64,000 bases of DNA from an uncultured delta proteobacterium. GTDB lineage: Bacteria > Desulfobacterota > Desulfomonilia > UBA1062. Position 1 is the first letter of the stretch. The number at the start of each line of letters is the position of its first letter. Shown here piece after piece: positions 54,156-64,000 of this stretch. Made by a program: the position numbers and the translations under genes. The notes under the pieces are model-generated. The model made no database searches. It was given only the letters and a program-made list of their open reading frames with translations, and was not told the DNA's origin. The stretch covers positions 84,365 through 148,364 of the forward strand of contig CAWAUM010000010.1 of assembly GCA_963785235.1 (NCBI GenBank), in the 5' to 3' direction.

Positions 54156-54671
54156 ATGAGAACAGTATGCCTGTCCCTAGCTTTGGCAATACTCATGACA
54201 GCCCAGACTCAGATTGTCTATTCCAGACCCTTGATGAGGTCAGCCAGCACAGCAGAGCTGATCATCTACCTGCAGCCGAATCTTGACCCGGAAATTGCCG
54301 CTATCCATGCAAAGTACATTGATAAATTTGCAAGCAAATGGAAGGTGGACCGGCTGAAGGTGATCAGCATAACCCACCAGGAATCGAAGTTCAGGCCCGA
54401 TGCGCAAAGTTCCGTAGGCTGCATAGGCGCAATGCAGGTGAATCCGAGGGCTCACCAGGACAAATTGAAAAGGAGGGGAATTACCTGGCGTGACCTGTAT
54501 TTCTTAAGGAACAACTATGATATCGGCTCGGAAATATTGCATGACTGCCTGAAGTCATCACGAACCTTTGATGAGGCCCTGAAAAAATATAGCGGTGGGA
54601 GCAGGAAATACACAAAAGAGGTGAAAAAGATCTATGGAATGCTCTATCGATGCGGGCTCATGACAAGCTGA
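54156..54671 (+). CDS. Secreted lytic transglycosylase (SLT domain)
   Basis: ESxFxPDAQSSVGCIGAMQV motif; signal peptide. Confidence 0.8.
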   Translation: MRTVCLSLALAILMTAQTQIVYSRPLMRSASTAELIIYLQPNLDPEIAAIHAKYIDKFASKWKVDRLKVISITHQESKFRPDAQSSVGCIGAMQVNPRAHQDKLKRRGITWRDLYFLRNNYDIGSEILHDCLKSSRTFDEALKKYSGGSRKYTKEVKKIYGMLYRCGLMTS

Positions 54672-54916
54672 TGTCCCGGACAAAAAGGGGGGTCGTTTGA
54701 AATTTGTTCCTGCACCTGAACCATGTATATCTTTCACCTCTATCATGCTGGGCATCCAGTCCGAATCGTTTGCAGGATTTTCTATGTAGCTGAACACTTT
54801 CCTTACAGGCGCTTTGATTTATTGAAATTAGTGCAGACTTGACTCTAGTCAAGTACAAACTACTTATATCACTGTTATCTGCAAGGTCATCATAAAAACC
54901 AAGGAGGATGAACTCA

Positions 54917-56551
54917 ATGTTCTGTTTTCAGTGCCAGGAAACGGCTAAAAATCAGGGATGCACCGTAAGGGGTGTATGTGGAAAAACCGAAGAAACTGCG
55001 AATCTCATGGACCTGCTTATCCATGTGCTCAAGGGGATTTCGCTGTATGGTGAAAAGGCTGCAGCCAAAGGGTCGTTGGATCTTACCACCGGCAGGTTCC
55101 TCCTGGATGCCCTCTTTATTACGCTCACCAATACCAACTTCGATCCCGCACGGATATCAGCCCTTATCCGTGAAGCGCTTAAAATCAGGGATGATCTGAA
55201 GGCCAAGGCCGGGGATGCCGCCAAGGACATCAAGCATGACAGCGCACTGTGGCATGGCCGAAGTGACAGCGAGTTCCAGGCCAAGGCCAAGGACGTGGGT
55301 GTGCTCTCGACAACGAATGAGGATGTCAGGTCTCTGCGCGAACTGCTGATCTACGGGCTAAAAGGCATTGCAGCCTATGCCCACCATGCCCTGGTGCTGG
55401 GCTTCGAGGATGAGGACATCTACCTGTTCATCGTAGAGGCGCTGGCTGCCACGACCAAGGACAAGAGCGCCGACGAACTCGTCGGCCTGGTCATGAAGGC
55501 CGGAGAGATCGCGGTCAAGACCATGGCCCTTCTGGACAAGGCCAATACAAGCGTCTATGGTTCACCCGAGATCACCAAGGTTAATCTAGGCGTCAAGGGT
55601 AATCCGGGCATTCTTATCTCCGGGCACGACCTGAAAGACCTAGAAGAGCTCATGGAACAGACCAAGGGTTCCGGTGTGGATGTGTATACGCACGGAGAGA
55701 TGCTGCCGGCCCATTCCTATCCGTTCTTCAAGAAGTATGACAACCTTGTTGGCAACTACGGCGGCTCTTGGTGGCACCAGCGTGAGGAGTTCGAGGCATT
55801 TGGCGGCCCCATCCTCATGACCACAAACTGCATCGTATCGGTCAAGGAAACCTACCAGGACCGAATCTTCACCACCGGCACAGCAGGTTTCCCCGGCGTG
55901 AAGCACATAGCTGACCGCACAAACTCCAAGGCCAAGGACTTTTCAGAAATCATCAAACTCGCCAAGACAAGCCCGGCACCCAAGCAGATCGAGACCGGAG
56001 AGATAGTTGGCGGATTTGCCCATAATCAGGTATTGGCACTGGCAGACAAGGTAGTGGATGCAGTCAAGTCCGGCGCCATCAAACGTTTTGTTGTCATGGC
56101 AGGCTGTGACGGGCGTCACAAGGAACGGGATTATTTCACCAAGGTGGCTGAAAACCTGCCCAAGGATGCGGTGATCCTTACCGCCGGCTGCGCCAAATAC
56201 CGCTACAACAAACTTGCATTGGGCGATATCGGAGGCATCCCCAGGGTTCTCGATGCAGGCCAGTGCAACGACTCCTACTCCCTGGCAGTCATAGCGCTGA
56301 AGCTCAAAGAGGTTTTCGGCCTGGACGATATCAACAAGCTCCCCATATCCTTCGACATTGCATGGTACGAACAGAAGGCCGTAGCCGTTCTCCTTGCATT
56401 GCTCTCGCTCGGGGTAAAGGGTATCCGGCTTGGACCTACGCTCCCCGGATTCCTTTCGCCTAACGTAGTGAAGGTGCTGGTGGAGAAATTCAATATCAAA
56501 CCCACTGCTGCACCCGAGCAGGACGTAGCGGCCATGATGTCAGCCAATTAA
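54917..56551 (+). CDS. hcp: Hybrid-cluster protein / hydroxylamine reductase
   Basis: [24 protein letters not shown]-terminal Cys cluster; full-length Hcp similarity. Confidence 0.9.
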   Translation: MFCFQCQETAKNQGCTVRGVCGKTEETANLMDLLIHVLKGISLYGEKAAAKGSLDLTTGRFLLDALFITLTNTNFDPARISALIREALKIRDDLKAKAGDAAKDIKHDSALWHGRSDSEFQAKAKDVGVLSTTNEDVRSLRELLIYGLKGIAAYAHHALVLGFEDEDIYLFIVEALAATTKDKSADELVGLVMKAGEIAVKTMALLDKANTSVYGSPEITKVNLGVKGNPGILISGHDLKDLEELMEQTKGSGVDVYTHGEMLPAHSYPFFKKYDNLVGNYGGSWWHQREEFEAFGGPILMTTNCIVSVKETYQDRIFTTGTAGFPGVKHIADRTNSKAKDFSEIIKLAKTSPAPKQIETGEIVGGFAHNQVLALADKVVDAVKSGAIKRFVVMAGCDGRHKERDYFTKVAENLPKDAVILTAGCAKYRYNKLALGDIGGIPRVLDAGQCNDSYSLAVIALKLKEVFGLDDINKLPISFDIAWYEQKAVAVLLALLSLGVKGIRLGPTLPGFLSPNVVKVLVEKFNIKPTAAPEQDVAAMMSAN

Positions 56552-56670
56552 GATTATTTAAGGGCGGGCCCTGCCTGGGTCCGCCCTCCCCCGTCAATCA
56601 AGTGATACTTGACTTTGACTTTTTTGTCCTTATTAACTAAGTCCGAATGATAACCGTAGGGAGGAGTATT

Positions 56671-57198
56671 ATGAAACAATCGATTATTCTTGGCGTAGTT
56701 ATCCTTTTCTCTTTTACCCTGCAGGCACCTGTCCATGCCGCTGCGAACAACTTCTATGCAGGTATTCAGCTGGGGCAGGAGTTCCTGACGGACAATGACG
56801 ACAACAACCTGGATGATGCCTTTGCATTCGGTGTGTATGGGGGCTACCGTTTTGACAGGCAGTTGGCCCTTGAGGCCAACCTCACCACGGCGAGCCATGA
56901 CGGTGGCCACAATTCCGAGCTCAATGTCACCTCACTGCTCTTCGGGCCGCGCCTGACCGGGCAGATCAACCCGAATATGAATGTATATGGAGGTGTGGGG
57001 CTAGGGATCTATTTCCTTGATTACGAGTGGGGCCCCTATGATGACTCGGAAACCGAATCGGGAATGTATCTTGGAGGAGGCATGGAGTTCCCCTTGCAGA
57101 ATAACATCAAGCTCGGCATTGATTTCAAGTACCACCTCATATTCAATGACGATATTGACACAGACCTCATGACATTGCTCTTTCGTGTGGGCTTCTGA
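56671..57198 (+). CDS. Outer-membrane beta-barrel protein (OmpW/OmpA-like)
   Basis: Signal peptide, alternating beta-strand pattern, C-terminal F (LLFRVGF). Confidence 0.7.
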   Translation: MKQSIILGVVILFSFTLQAPVHAAANNFYAGIQLGQEFLTDNDDNNLDDAFAFGVYGGYRFDRQLALEANLTTASHDGGHNSELNVTSLLFGPRLTGQINPNMNVYGGVGLGIYFLDYEWGPYDDSETESGMYLGGGMEFPLQNNIKLGIDFKYHLIFNDDIDTDLMTLLFRVGF

Positions 57199-57292
57199 TC
57201 GGTTCTATCATTCGGATAGACAAGATAACTCGACTTGATGATAACATGATTACATGAGGGGGGCAAACCTGCAGGTTACCCCCCTCATGTGA

Positions 57293-57658
57293 CTATTTTT
57301 TTTCAACTGCCTTCCTGCTTATGGATATCATGAAAAACGGCAAGTGCTCATTGATTATGTCCGAGTTGCCGGTCTCTTCACACCAGGAATAGGCATCCTC
57401 AATGGTAATAGACCTGATATATGATCCGCCGAACCATGCCTCCACACCCGGCAGTTCATGGAACCCTGAGTTCAGGCCGCCCTCGTAGATAATGAAGTAT
57501 TCCCCATTTTCATTAATGAAAAGTGTCTCTGAGTCGTTCCTCATGCTGCCCATATAATCTGCACTGTTCCACTGGGCCAGCTTGGTGGCTTTGTCCGGGT
57601 TCAGCTCCTTTTCGATAAGTCTCTGCTCGGCCTTTTCATAAAGGATATCTTTGATCAT
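57293..57658 (-). CDS. Hypothetical protein
   Basis: 121-aa ORF only. Confidence 0.4.
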   Translation of the reverse strand: MIKDILYEKAEQRLIEKELNPDKATKLAQWNSADYMGSMRNDSETLFINENGEYFIIYEGGLNSGFHELPGVEAWFGGSYIRSITIEDAYSWCEETGNSDIINEHLPFFMISISRKAVEKK

Positions 57659-57660
57659 GC

Positions 57661-57951
57661 TTATATGATCTCCTCCATGGGCATAATGAATGCCTTCACG
57701 CCCGCACGGGGGTGATCCAGCTTGAGTTCCCTGATGAGCTCTACAATGGCGGGCAGTTCATCTTCTTCCAGGGCCAGGAAGAGCACACAGTTCTCGCCGG
57801 GCCAGATGTGGGTATGGAGCTTGGGCTCGGTCTCTACACCCTCGCCGCTGGCATTCTCCATCTTGGTATAGCCCTTGACACCTGCCTGTTTGATCGCAGC
57901 AATCACATCATAATCCGCTGCCTGAGAGTACACGATAAATACCATTTTCAT
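57661..57951 (-). CDS. PII-like small protein (DUF3240-like) associated with RND efflux
   Basis: ~96 aa, MKMVFIVYSQAADYDVIAAIKQAGVKGYT... GlnB-like fold pattern. Immediately downstream of the RND pump. Confidence 0.55.
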   Translation of the reverse strand: MKMVFIVYSQAADYDVIAAIKQAGVKGYTKMENASGEGVETEPKLHTHIWPGENCVLFLALEEDELPAIVELIRELKLDHPRAGVKAFIMPMEEII

Positions 57952-57995
57952 AGTGTTTCTCCCCTTTCATAACCCTCTTAAAGTCCTTCTGTGGG

Positions 57996-60900
57996 TTATG
58001 CTGCTTCCTTCCAGATCTTGCGTTTCAGCCTCTGCTTCCAGTCATCAAACAGGTCATAGGCCGCAGGCACCACGGCCAATGTCAGGAACAAAGAGGTCAG
58101 GAGACCTCCGATCACGATTACCCCCATGGGGGATCTGATATCCGAGCCCTCGCCGATACCCAGCGCAACCGGCAGCATGCCGAAGATCATGGCAAAGGTT
58201 GTCATGAGGATGGGGCGGAGCCTTACCGGTCCTGCCTGGAGGATGGCCTCGCGCCGAGACAGGCCTCTCTCTCGAAGGGTGTTCGTGTAGTCCACCAGCA
58301 GAATGGAATTTTTCTTGACCATGCCCATGAGCAGGATGAGACCGATAAAGCTTACAATGCTGATAGTCTTCCCGGTAATGAGCAGTGCGCCGAAAGCCCC
58401 TATGAACGACAGCGGCATGGCCAGCAGAACCGTGATGGGATGCAGGAAGCTCTCAAACTGAGATGCCAGGACCATGTAGGCCAGAATGATGCCCAGTATG
58501 AGGGCGATCACGAGGTATTTGAAGGATTCCGCCATGGTCTCGGCCTGACCGACATAGGCAGTATTGTAACCAGGAGGCAGGATCTTGGCCGAGATGGTGT
58601 CCAGAGTCCCCATGGCCTCGGCCAGGGGCTTGTTCTCCAGGTTTGCAAATACCCAGATGGAACGCTGACGGTTATAGCGGCTGATACTGGTTGGCCCTCC
58701 CCCTTCAACGATGCGCACGATTGTGGAGAGCTCCACCATCTTGCCATCCTTTGCACGCACATAAATCCGGCCGAGGTCTTCAGGGTTTTTCCGGTCCCCG
58801 GGATTCAACCGCATCCTTACGTCATAGCGGCGCGATCTGGTCTCGTCCTTGAATTTGGTAATCTCCACTTCTCCGCTTATGAGAAGGTTCACTGCCTCGG
58901 CTATTGTGGTTACGCTCACGCCCATATCTGCCGCCTTGTCGCGATCGATGTACACCTTCAATTCGGGCTTGCCCGATTCAAAGGATGTGTCCACGTCCAC
59001 AATACCCGGTATCTTGGCAAGCTCTTTCATGACCTGTTTCGTATACTTCTGCAGATTTTCAAAGTCCCCGCTGCTGATGGTATACTGGATGGGCACTTCC
59101 CTGAGCCCGCCGCCCAACATGGAGACCATCTCGGTAGTCGCCTTCAGACCGGGGATGACAACCAGGCTCTTACGCAGCTCGGCCATAATCGCATGCTGTT
59201 TCTTGTCCCTTTGGTTCCTGGGCACCAGCCGGGTAAAGACTATGGCCTTGTTGACCTGGCCTGATCCGCCCTGTCCAAGCCCTTGCGCAAAAAAGGCCCC
59301 TATTACTTCAGGTCTTTCACGGACGATTTTATCAGCCTGCATGAACATGGCATTGGCCTGGCTGAAGGAATAATCAATGGGTGCTTCCAGCCTTACGATA
59401 AACTGTGCCTGGTCCTCGGGCGGCACGAATTCCTTGCCGATGAACTTGACCATGTACATGCTGAAGATGAACAGGATCAGTGTCCCGATAAGCACCAGCC
59501 CCCTATGATCGATGGAATAGGCCAGTATAGGCCGATAAGCCGACTCTATCTTTTTATACCACCGCTCAAGGGCATCACCTATCCGTTTCAGAATCCCGTT
59601 CGTGTTTTTCTCATGCTCATGTTTCGGCTTGAGGAAGATGGAGGCGAGCATGGGTGTCAGGGTGAGTGATACCAGCAGGGACACCCCTACGGCGAAAACG
59701 ACTGTCAGGGCGAACTGCATGAAGAACCTGCCGATGATGCCTTTCATGAAGGCCACGGGCAGAAAGATGACTGCAATGGCAAGTGTCGTAGCCATAACGG
59801 CCAGGCCGATCTCCGCTGTGGCGAACGATGCGGCCTCCCGTGGCGCCATGCCATCTTCGATGTGGCGATAGATATTCTCGATGACTATGATGGCGTCATC
59901 GATGAGTATGCCGACGGACAGGGTGAGTGCCAGCATGGTCAGGTTGTTGAAGGTGAAATTGAAGGCCCTGATCAGGGCGAAGGTTGCTATGATGGATACG
60001 GGTAATGCCACGGCACTGATGAGGGTGGTGCGTATATTTCGCAAGAATATGAAGACCGCTATAACGGCAAGAATGGAGCCCATGATGAGGTGATGCTGCA
60101 CCTGCCTCATGGAATCCTGGATGAATACGGACTGATCGAATGCCGTATTGATCTTCATGCCCGGCGGCAGGGTCTTGTTGATGCGGTCAAGTTCCTTCTT
60201 TACCCGGTTGATGACCTCCACCGTATTGGTACCGGTCTGTTTGCGGATACCGATGCCCACCGAAGGCAGTCCATTGAACTGGGTGTAGGTGCGAAGCTCT
60301 TCAACCCCGTCTTCCGCGCGGCCGATGTCTCTGATCCTCACCGGGTTACCCTGAAAAGAAGTTACCACAAGGTCATTAAACTCTGAGGCGCTTTTGAGAT
60401 TGCCCTTCACCTTGACTGAATATTCTTTTGTCTCACTCTCAATCCGGCCGCCCGGTAACTCGATGTTCTCCATACCAAGGACTGCAGCAACCTCACCCGG
60501 GCCGATACTGTAGGCCCTGAGCTTGGCCAGGTCGAGCCAGATGCGTATCTGCCTTTTCTGCATGCCGCCAAGGGAGAGCGAACCTACACCATCGATGCGC
60601 TGGAGCTGCTCCTTGAGGATTTCATCCACATAGGTGGAAAGCTCCGGAATGGACTTTTCACCGGTGAGATTCAGCCACATGACGGGCACGGAATCCGGGT
60701 TCACCTTCTGGATCACCGGTTCGTCGATGTCTTTGGGCAGGTTTCTGCGTACCGCGGCGATCTGTTCCCTTACATCCTGGATTGCCAGGTCTATGTCACG
60801 CTCCAGCTTGAACTCCACAATGATGTTGGAGAACCCTTCCGAGCTTGTGGAGGTGATGGTCTTGACTCCATTGATGGTGTTGACCGCCTCTTCGATGCGG

Positions 60901-61094
60901 TCGGTTACGTCTATGTCAACGACCTCAGGGCTGGCGCCCTTCAGGACCGTGGAGACGCTCACAATGGGGAAGTCCACCTTGGGAAACAGATCGACGCCGA
61001 TTTCCGGATAGCTAACTATACCAAAGACAACCAGTGCCATGATTACCATGGTCGCAAAGACAGGCCGCTTGATGGAGGTATCAGAAATCCACAT
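57996..61094 (-). CDS. RND efflux transporter permease (AcrB/HAE1 family)
   Basis: 1032 aa, 12-TM plus two large periplasmic loops, AcrB-like throughout. Confidence 0.9.
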   Translation of the reverse strand: MWISDTSIKRPVFATMVIMALVVFGIVSYPEIGVDLFPKVDFPIVSVSTVLKGASPEVVDIDVTDRIEEAVNTINGVKTITSTSSEGFSNIIVEFKLERDIDLAIQDVREQIAAVRRNLPKDIDEPVIQKVNPDSVPVMWLNLTGEKSIPELSTYVDEILKEQLQRIDGVGSLSLGGMQKRQIRIWLDLAKLRAYSIGPGEVAAVLGMENIELPGGRIESETKEYSVKVKGNLKSASEFNDLVVTSFQGNPVRIRDIGRAEDGVEELRTYTQFNGLPSVGIGIRKQTGTNTVEVINRVKKELDRINKTLPPGMKINTAFDQSVFIQDSMRQVQHHLIMGSILAVIAVFIFLRNIRTTLISAVALPVSIIATFALIRAFNFTFNNLTMLALTLSVGILIDDAIIVIENIYRHIEDGMAPREAASFATAEIGLAVMATTLAIAVIFLPVAFMKGIIGRFFMQFALTVVFAVGVSLLVSLTLTPMLASIFLKPKHEHEKNTNGILKRIGDALERWYKKIESAYRPILAYSIDHRGLVLIGTLILFIFSMYMVKFIGKEFVPPEDQAQFIVRLEAPIDYSFSQANAMFMQADKIVRERPEVIGAFFAQGLGQGGSGQVNKAIVFTRLVPRNQRDKKQHAIMAELRKSLVVIPGLKATTEMVSMLGGGLREVPIQYTISSGDFENLQKYTKQVMKELAKIPGIVDVDTSFESGKPELKVYIDRDKAADMGVSVTTIAEAVNLLISGEVEITKFKDETRSRRYDVRMRLNPGDRKNPEDLGRIYVRAKDGKMVELSTIVRIVEGGGPTSISRYNRQRSIWVFANLENKPLAEAMGTLDTISAKILPPGYNTAYVGQAETMAESFKYLVIALILGIILAYMVLASQFESFLHPITVLLAMPLSFIGAFGALLITGKTISIVSFIGLILLMGMVKKNSILLVDYTNTLRERGLSRREAILQAGPVRLRPILMTTFAMIFGMLPVALGIGEGSDIRSPMGVIVIGGLLTSLFLTLAVVPAAYDLFDDWKQRLKRKIWKEAA

Positions 61095-61142
61095 GCCTCT
61101 TCATCCTTTCAGTACATAAAAAATCATTCACTTTTAAATCCG

Positions 61143-62276
61143 TTATTTCACCACACGTACATTGACCCCGTCGGTCAGGGTGTTCTGCCCGATTACAACC
61201 AGCTGCTCGCCTGCCTGTAGGCCTTCCACTATTTCCATCATCTCGCCGTACTTCTTGCCGAGTTTCAGATACCGCTCGCGGGCCTTGTTATCTTCACTCA
61301 GGAAGACCCTGGTCTTGGTGCCCTCATACAGAAGCGATGTGATGGGGATGAGAAGCGCCTCTTTGGGCGCCCCTGTATATACCGTTACCCTGGCAAAAAG
61401 GCCGGGTTTGAGCTCCTGGGACTTGTTGGGTATGAGGGCCTCGACCTTGAGCATGCGGCTGTGTTCATCGACGTTCGGATAGATGATATCCACCTTTCCC
61501 TTGAACTCCCTGCCCGGAAAGGCATCAACAAAAAACACTACATCCTGGCCCGCCTTCAGCGAACCAATGTCCTTATCCGTCACACTGAAGGTGCAGAACA
61601 GCGGGTCGATCTGGATGAGGCTCATGATGGGGCTGCCGGTCTTGGCAAACATGCCCGTGGTAACGCCCTTCAACTTGACCCAGCCGTTCAGCGGTGAACG
61701 GATGGTGACCCTGCTGAGCCGTTCCTTGGCTAGCCCAAGACCTGCCCTGGCACGCTGGGCATCCTGGGTGGCCAGATCAAGACGCGTAGAGGCGTTGTCG
61801 AATTCCTGCTTTGACACCCCTGATTGTTTAAATAGGGCATCCATGCGGTCGAACATGACCTTTGCATTGCTTAAGTTTGCCTGAGCCTGCCCCAGTGCCG
61901 CCTCGGCTGTCAGTACGGCGAGACGGTAATCGATGTCATTGATCTTTGCGAGCATCATCCCCTTTGTTACGGGGAAACCCTCCTCTACGGGAATCTCCTG
62001 GAGAATCCCGTCCACCTCGGGGCTTATAATAGCCTCATCCCAGGGTTGAAGGTTGCCTATGGCTTCGATATATGGCCGTACAGTCTTCTTCTGTGTGGTG
62101 ATCACCTTGATGTTGATAATCTTCTCAGCCTTGGCCTCTTCTTTTTTCTTCGTGCATCCTGAGCCCAGCAAGGTGGTGCAACAAAAAATAATAACGATCA
62201 GGAGCAGGCCTAACCATGACCCCTTAGGGCTCTGTACAGGAGTTGCCCCCTCTGATGCTTTTCTTGCCATATTCAC
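61143..62276 (-). CDS. RND efflux periplasmic adaptor (membrane-fusion protein), lipoprotein
   Basis: Lipobox LLGSGC; coiled-coil, lipoyl and beta-barrel MFP pattern. Confidence 0.85.
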   Translation of the reverse strand: MNMARKASEGATPVQSPKGSWLGLLLIVIIFCCTTLLGSGCTKKKEEAKAEKIINIKVITTQKKTVRPYIEAIGNLQPWDEAIISPEVDGILQEIPVEEGFPVTKGMMLAKINDIDYRLAVLTAEAALGQAQANLSNAKVMFDRMDALFKQSGVSKQEFDNASTRLDLATQDAQRARAGLGLAKERLSRVTIRSPLNGWVKLKGVTTGMFAKTGSPIMSLIQIDPLFCTFSVTDKDIGSLKAGQDVVFFVDAFPGREFKGKVDIIYPNVDEHSRMLKVEALIPNKSQELKPGLFARVTVYTGAPKEALLIPITSLLYEGTKTRVFLSEDNKARERYLKLGKKYGEMMEIVEGLQAGEQLVVIGQNTLTDGVNVRVVK

Positions 62277-62323
62277 TCAACTCCCCCTTTCGCAATACCC
62301 ATGCCTGATTACGTGATAATTAA

Positions 62324-62941
62324 TTACTGTTTCACCCTCAACCCTGCAAAAAAGATCCTCACCATGCTCTTGATCCCATCCAGAATACGTTCGCGCTGGT
62401 CGTAAAAGGCAAAGGTCTGGTCGCATCCGAACATTGAGGCAACCATAATGAGGGAAACAAGCTCTATGTCATCAAGAGGCTTGATCTCACCCTTTTCTAT
62501 GCCCTCCCTGAGGATCCTCTCGATAAGCTCCTTTTGGGACTGCAGGTAGCTCTCTCTTTCCGTTTCAAAAACACCTGCCAGGGACCTGAACTCATTTATT
62601 ATTTCTTTGTTGGCCCGCAATGCCCTGCTTGAAATAAACCGGTACCTGGCCTCTGAAAGCGCAAACATCTTTTCTTCAGCCGTATCAACAGCATCTATTG
62701 CATGCCTTAGGATATCAAGGAGCTGTTCACGATCATTTCTAATGATCTCCCGGATAATTTCATTCTTATCCTTGAAGTAGTAATACAGGGATGATTTTGC
62801 CATGCCTGCCCTGCGGGCAATGTCGTCAAGGTTTGTCTTGTGTGGGCCGAGTTCAAGCAGCACATCGGATGCCGCCTGCAACAGAGTTTTCCTCTTTTCA
62901 TCCTTGGAAAGGCTCATGGGATCCTTCAAACTTTGGAACAA
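62324..62941 (-). CDS. TetR/AcrR-family regulator of the efflux operon
   Basis: N-terminal helix-turn-helix (LDDIARRAGMAKSSLYYYF). Confidence 0.8.
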   Translation of the reverse strand: MFQSLKDPMSLSKDEKRKTLLQAASDVLLELGPHKTNLDDIARRAGMAKSSLYYYFKDKNEIIREIIRNDREQLLDILRHAIDAVDTAEEKMFALSEARYRFISSRALRANKEIINEFRSLAGVFETERESYLQSQKELIERILREGIEKGEIKPLDDIELVSLIMVASMFGCDQTFAFYDQRERILDGIKSMVRIFFAGLRVKQ

Positions 62942-63484
62942 TATATTTGAATATTCTATGCATATCTACTTTTTGCAAGTCAAATGAAATGTTGATCAAC
63001 AGACCAATCATACTTTTCAATTGAATGGATGCGATAAGATATAATTTTTCCCGACAGACATTTGAAAGAATAACACTACATCTCATGCTAAAGTTGTCAT
63101 GGACCTAATCTATATGCTCAATCCATTGGTTAACCAGCACTTTTCGTACACATGATTACAATTATTACCAGTTCCCTGACTAGTAAACCTCATAACATAC
63201 TGATAATACATTGTCATATTTACTGGCATAGAGGTTGTAAGTTGTTTGGCTATGGTCAAACTGCTCAAAATTCTTCTGGCAAAATGTGATCCGCTTCATG
63301 ATACGGCTTGCAGCATAATCAATACTTCCAGACTAAATTCAGCACAATATCTCCTCCCTGGACCATATCCACCCTGAATTAAATTTTAACCGGGATTGAG
63401 GTATTCCGGACTCATAAGACATGGATTAAAGGGTTCCTATCATTAATAAAGCAAAAGCATTGATCCGCGAAGGAGTTAGAATTC

Positions 63485-64000
63485 ATGAAGAAATTATTGT
63501 CATGCTTTATGCCTATCATCCTGATGTGCTTATTTATGAGCAGTTTGGCATTCGCAGACAAAAACCTTGTAATTGCAGTCAATGCAAACTGGCCGCCCAT
63601 GCAGATGAAAGACAGCAAAGGGAATATCAACGGCTATGAGGTTGACCTGTTGAAGGCCATTGCTGAAGAAGCCGGCTTTAATGTCAAGATGGTGATTGTT
63701 CCCTGGAGAAACATTTTCAATGGTCTTAAGGCAGGAAAGTACGATGCGGTCATGGCATCCGTGAGCATGACTGATGCCAGAAAAGAGAACTTCGACTTCT
63801 CCAAACCCTATTTTACTGCCGAACAAATCCTCCTGGTTCCGAAAGCGAAGGCTAATGCGCAGCTTGCAGGCAAAACTATGGCGGTATTCAAACTGACCAC
63901 AGGTGCAGAAGCAGTCAGGAGTACCCAGGGCTGTAACATCACATATTATACGGTTGAAGAAACAGATCAGGCATTCAAGGACTTGTCCAGAGGATTTGTC
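63485..64000 (+). CDS. Periplasmic solute-binding protein (family 3, amino-acid ABC type), 3'-partial at window end
   Basis: ATG 63485 after GAAGGAG. Signal peptide; NANWPPMQMKD...GYEVDL family-3 SBP motifs. No stop within the window. Confidence 0.75.
   Translation, partial: MKKLLSCFMPIILMCLFMSSLAFADKNLVIAVNANWPPMQMKDSKGNINGYEVDLLKAIAEEAGFNVKMVIVPWRNIFNGLKAGKYDAVMASVSMTDARKENFDFSKPYFTAEQILLVPKAKANAQLAGKTMAVFKLTTGAEAVRSTQGCNITYYTVEETDQAFKDLSRGFV

Noticed and set aside
1-64000. Search for tRNA/rRNA/tmRNA/RNase P-like genes in intergenic regions (2211..2291, 47178..47548, 47826..48015, 62941..63485 among others)
   Set aside because: No cloverleaf-compatible acceptor/T-arm (GTTCGA/GGTTCRANYC) patterns or rRNA signature sequences seen by eye. 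Cannot be excluded without tRNAscan or Infernal.

Overview
This 64 kb window is a chromosomal segment from a Gram-negative bacterium of moderate to high GC with a deltaproteobacteria-like gene repertoire. It shows many PAS kinases, hcp, candidate selenoprotein usage, and a liv-type ABC transporter coupled to an acyl-CoA ligase. I found no rRNA, tRNA, CRISPR array, transposase or integrase.

Gene content in order: the ruvB-ruvA-ruvC-yebC recombination/repair cluster; a housekeeping block (EamA transporter, NUDIX hydrolase, cyclophilin, MFS transporter, phosphofructokinase, HDAC-like deacetylase, a frameshifted NAD(P)HX repair gene nnr, a C11 peptidase); a liv-like ABC uptake operon with tandem substrate-binding paralogs (one decayed) followed by a FadD-like acyl-CoA ligase; a PKD/RCC1-repeat lipoprotein; a 1927-aa cytoplasmic multi-PAS hybrid histidine kinase; a recC-recB-recD operon in which recD is intact but recB and recC are broken into at least 11 frame fragments; an AraC regulator; a small accessory patch (SRPBCC protein, thioesterase, orphan BrnA antitoxin with a BrnT remnant, a TetR-controlled membrane-protein/methyltransferase unit with a textbook operator palindrome); a frameshifted NDP-forming acyl-CoA synthetase; type-II NADH dehydrogenase; a near-perfect 722-bp tandem duplication inside a gene of unknown function; an enolase-superfamily enzyme; an alpha/beta-hydrolase-PilZ fusion; a cupin; a lytic transglycosylase; hybrid-cluster protein Hcp; an OMP beta-barrel; and a TetR/RND efflux operon with a PII-like (DUF3240) partner.

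The most interesting call: a peroxiredoxin-like (PRXL2 / AhpC-TSA-like) gene at 53429..53965 (- strand) has an in-frame TGA exactly at the first Cys of the CxxC redox motif. A hairpin begins 11 nt downstream of it. This reads as an unannotated selenocysteine protein.

The window carries about 20 frame disruptions concentrated in a few genes (recB, recC, nnr, livM, one livK copy, acd). These are either genuine pseudogenisation or assembly indel errors; sequence alone cannot decide.

The ORF track writes M for GTG/TTG starts, so several listed starts were moved to internal ATGs with ribosome-binding sites.
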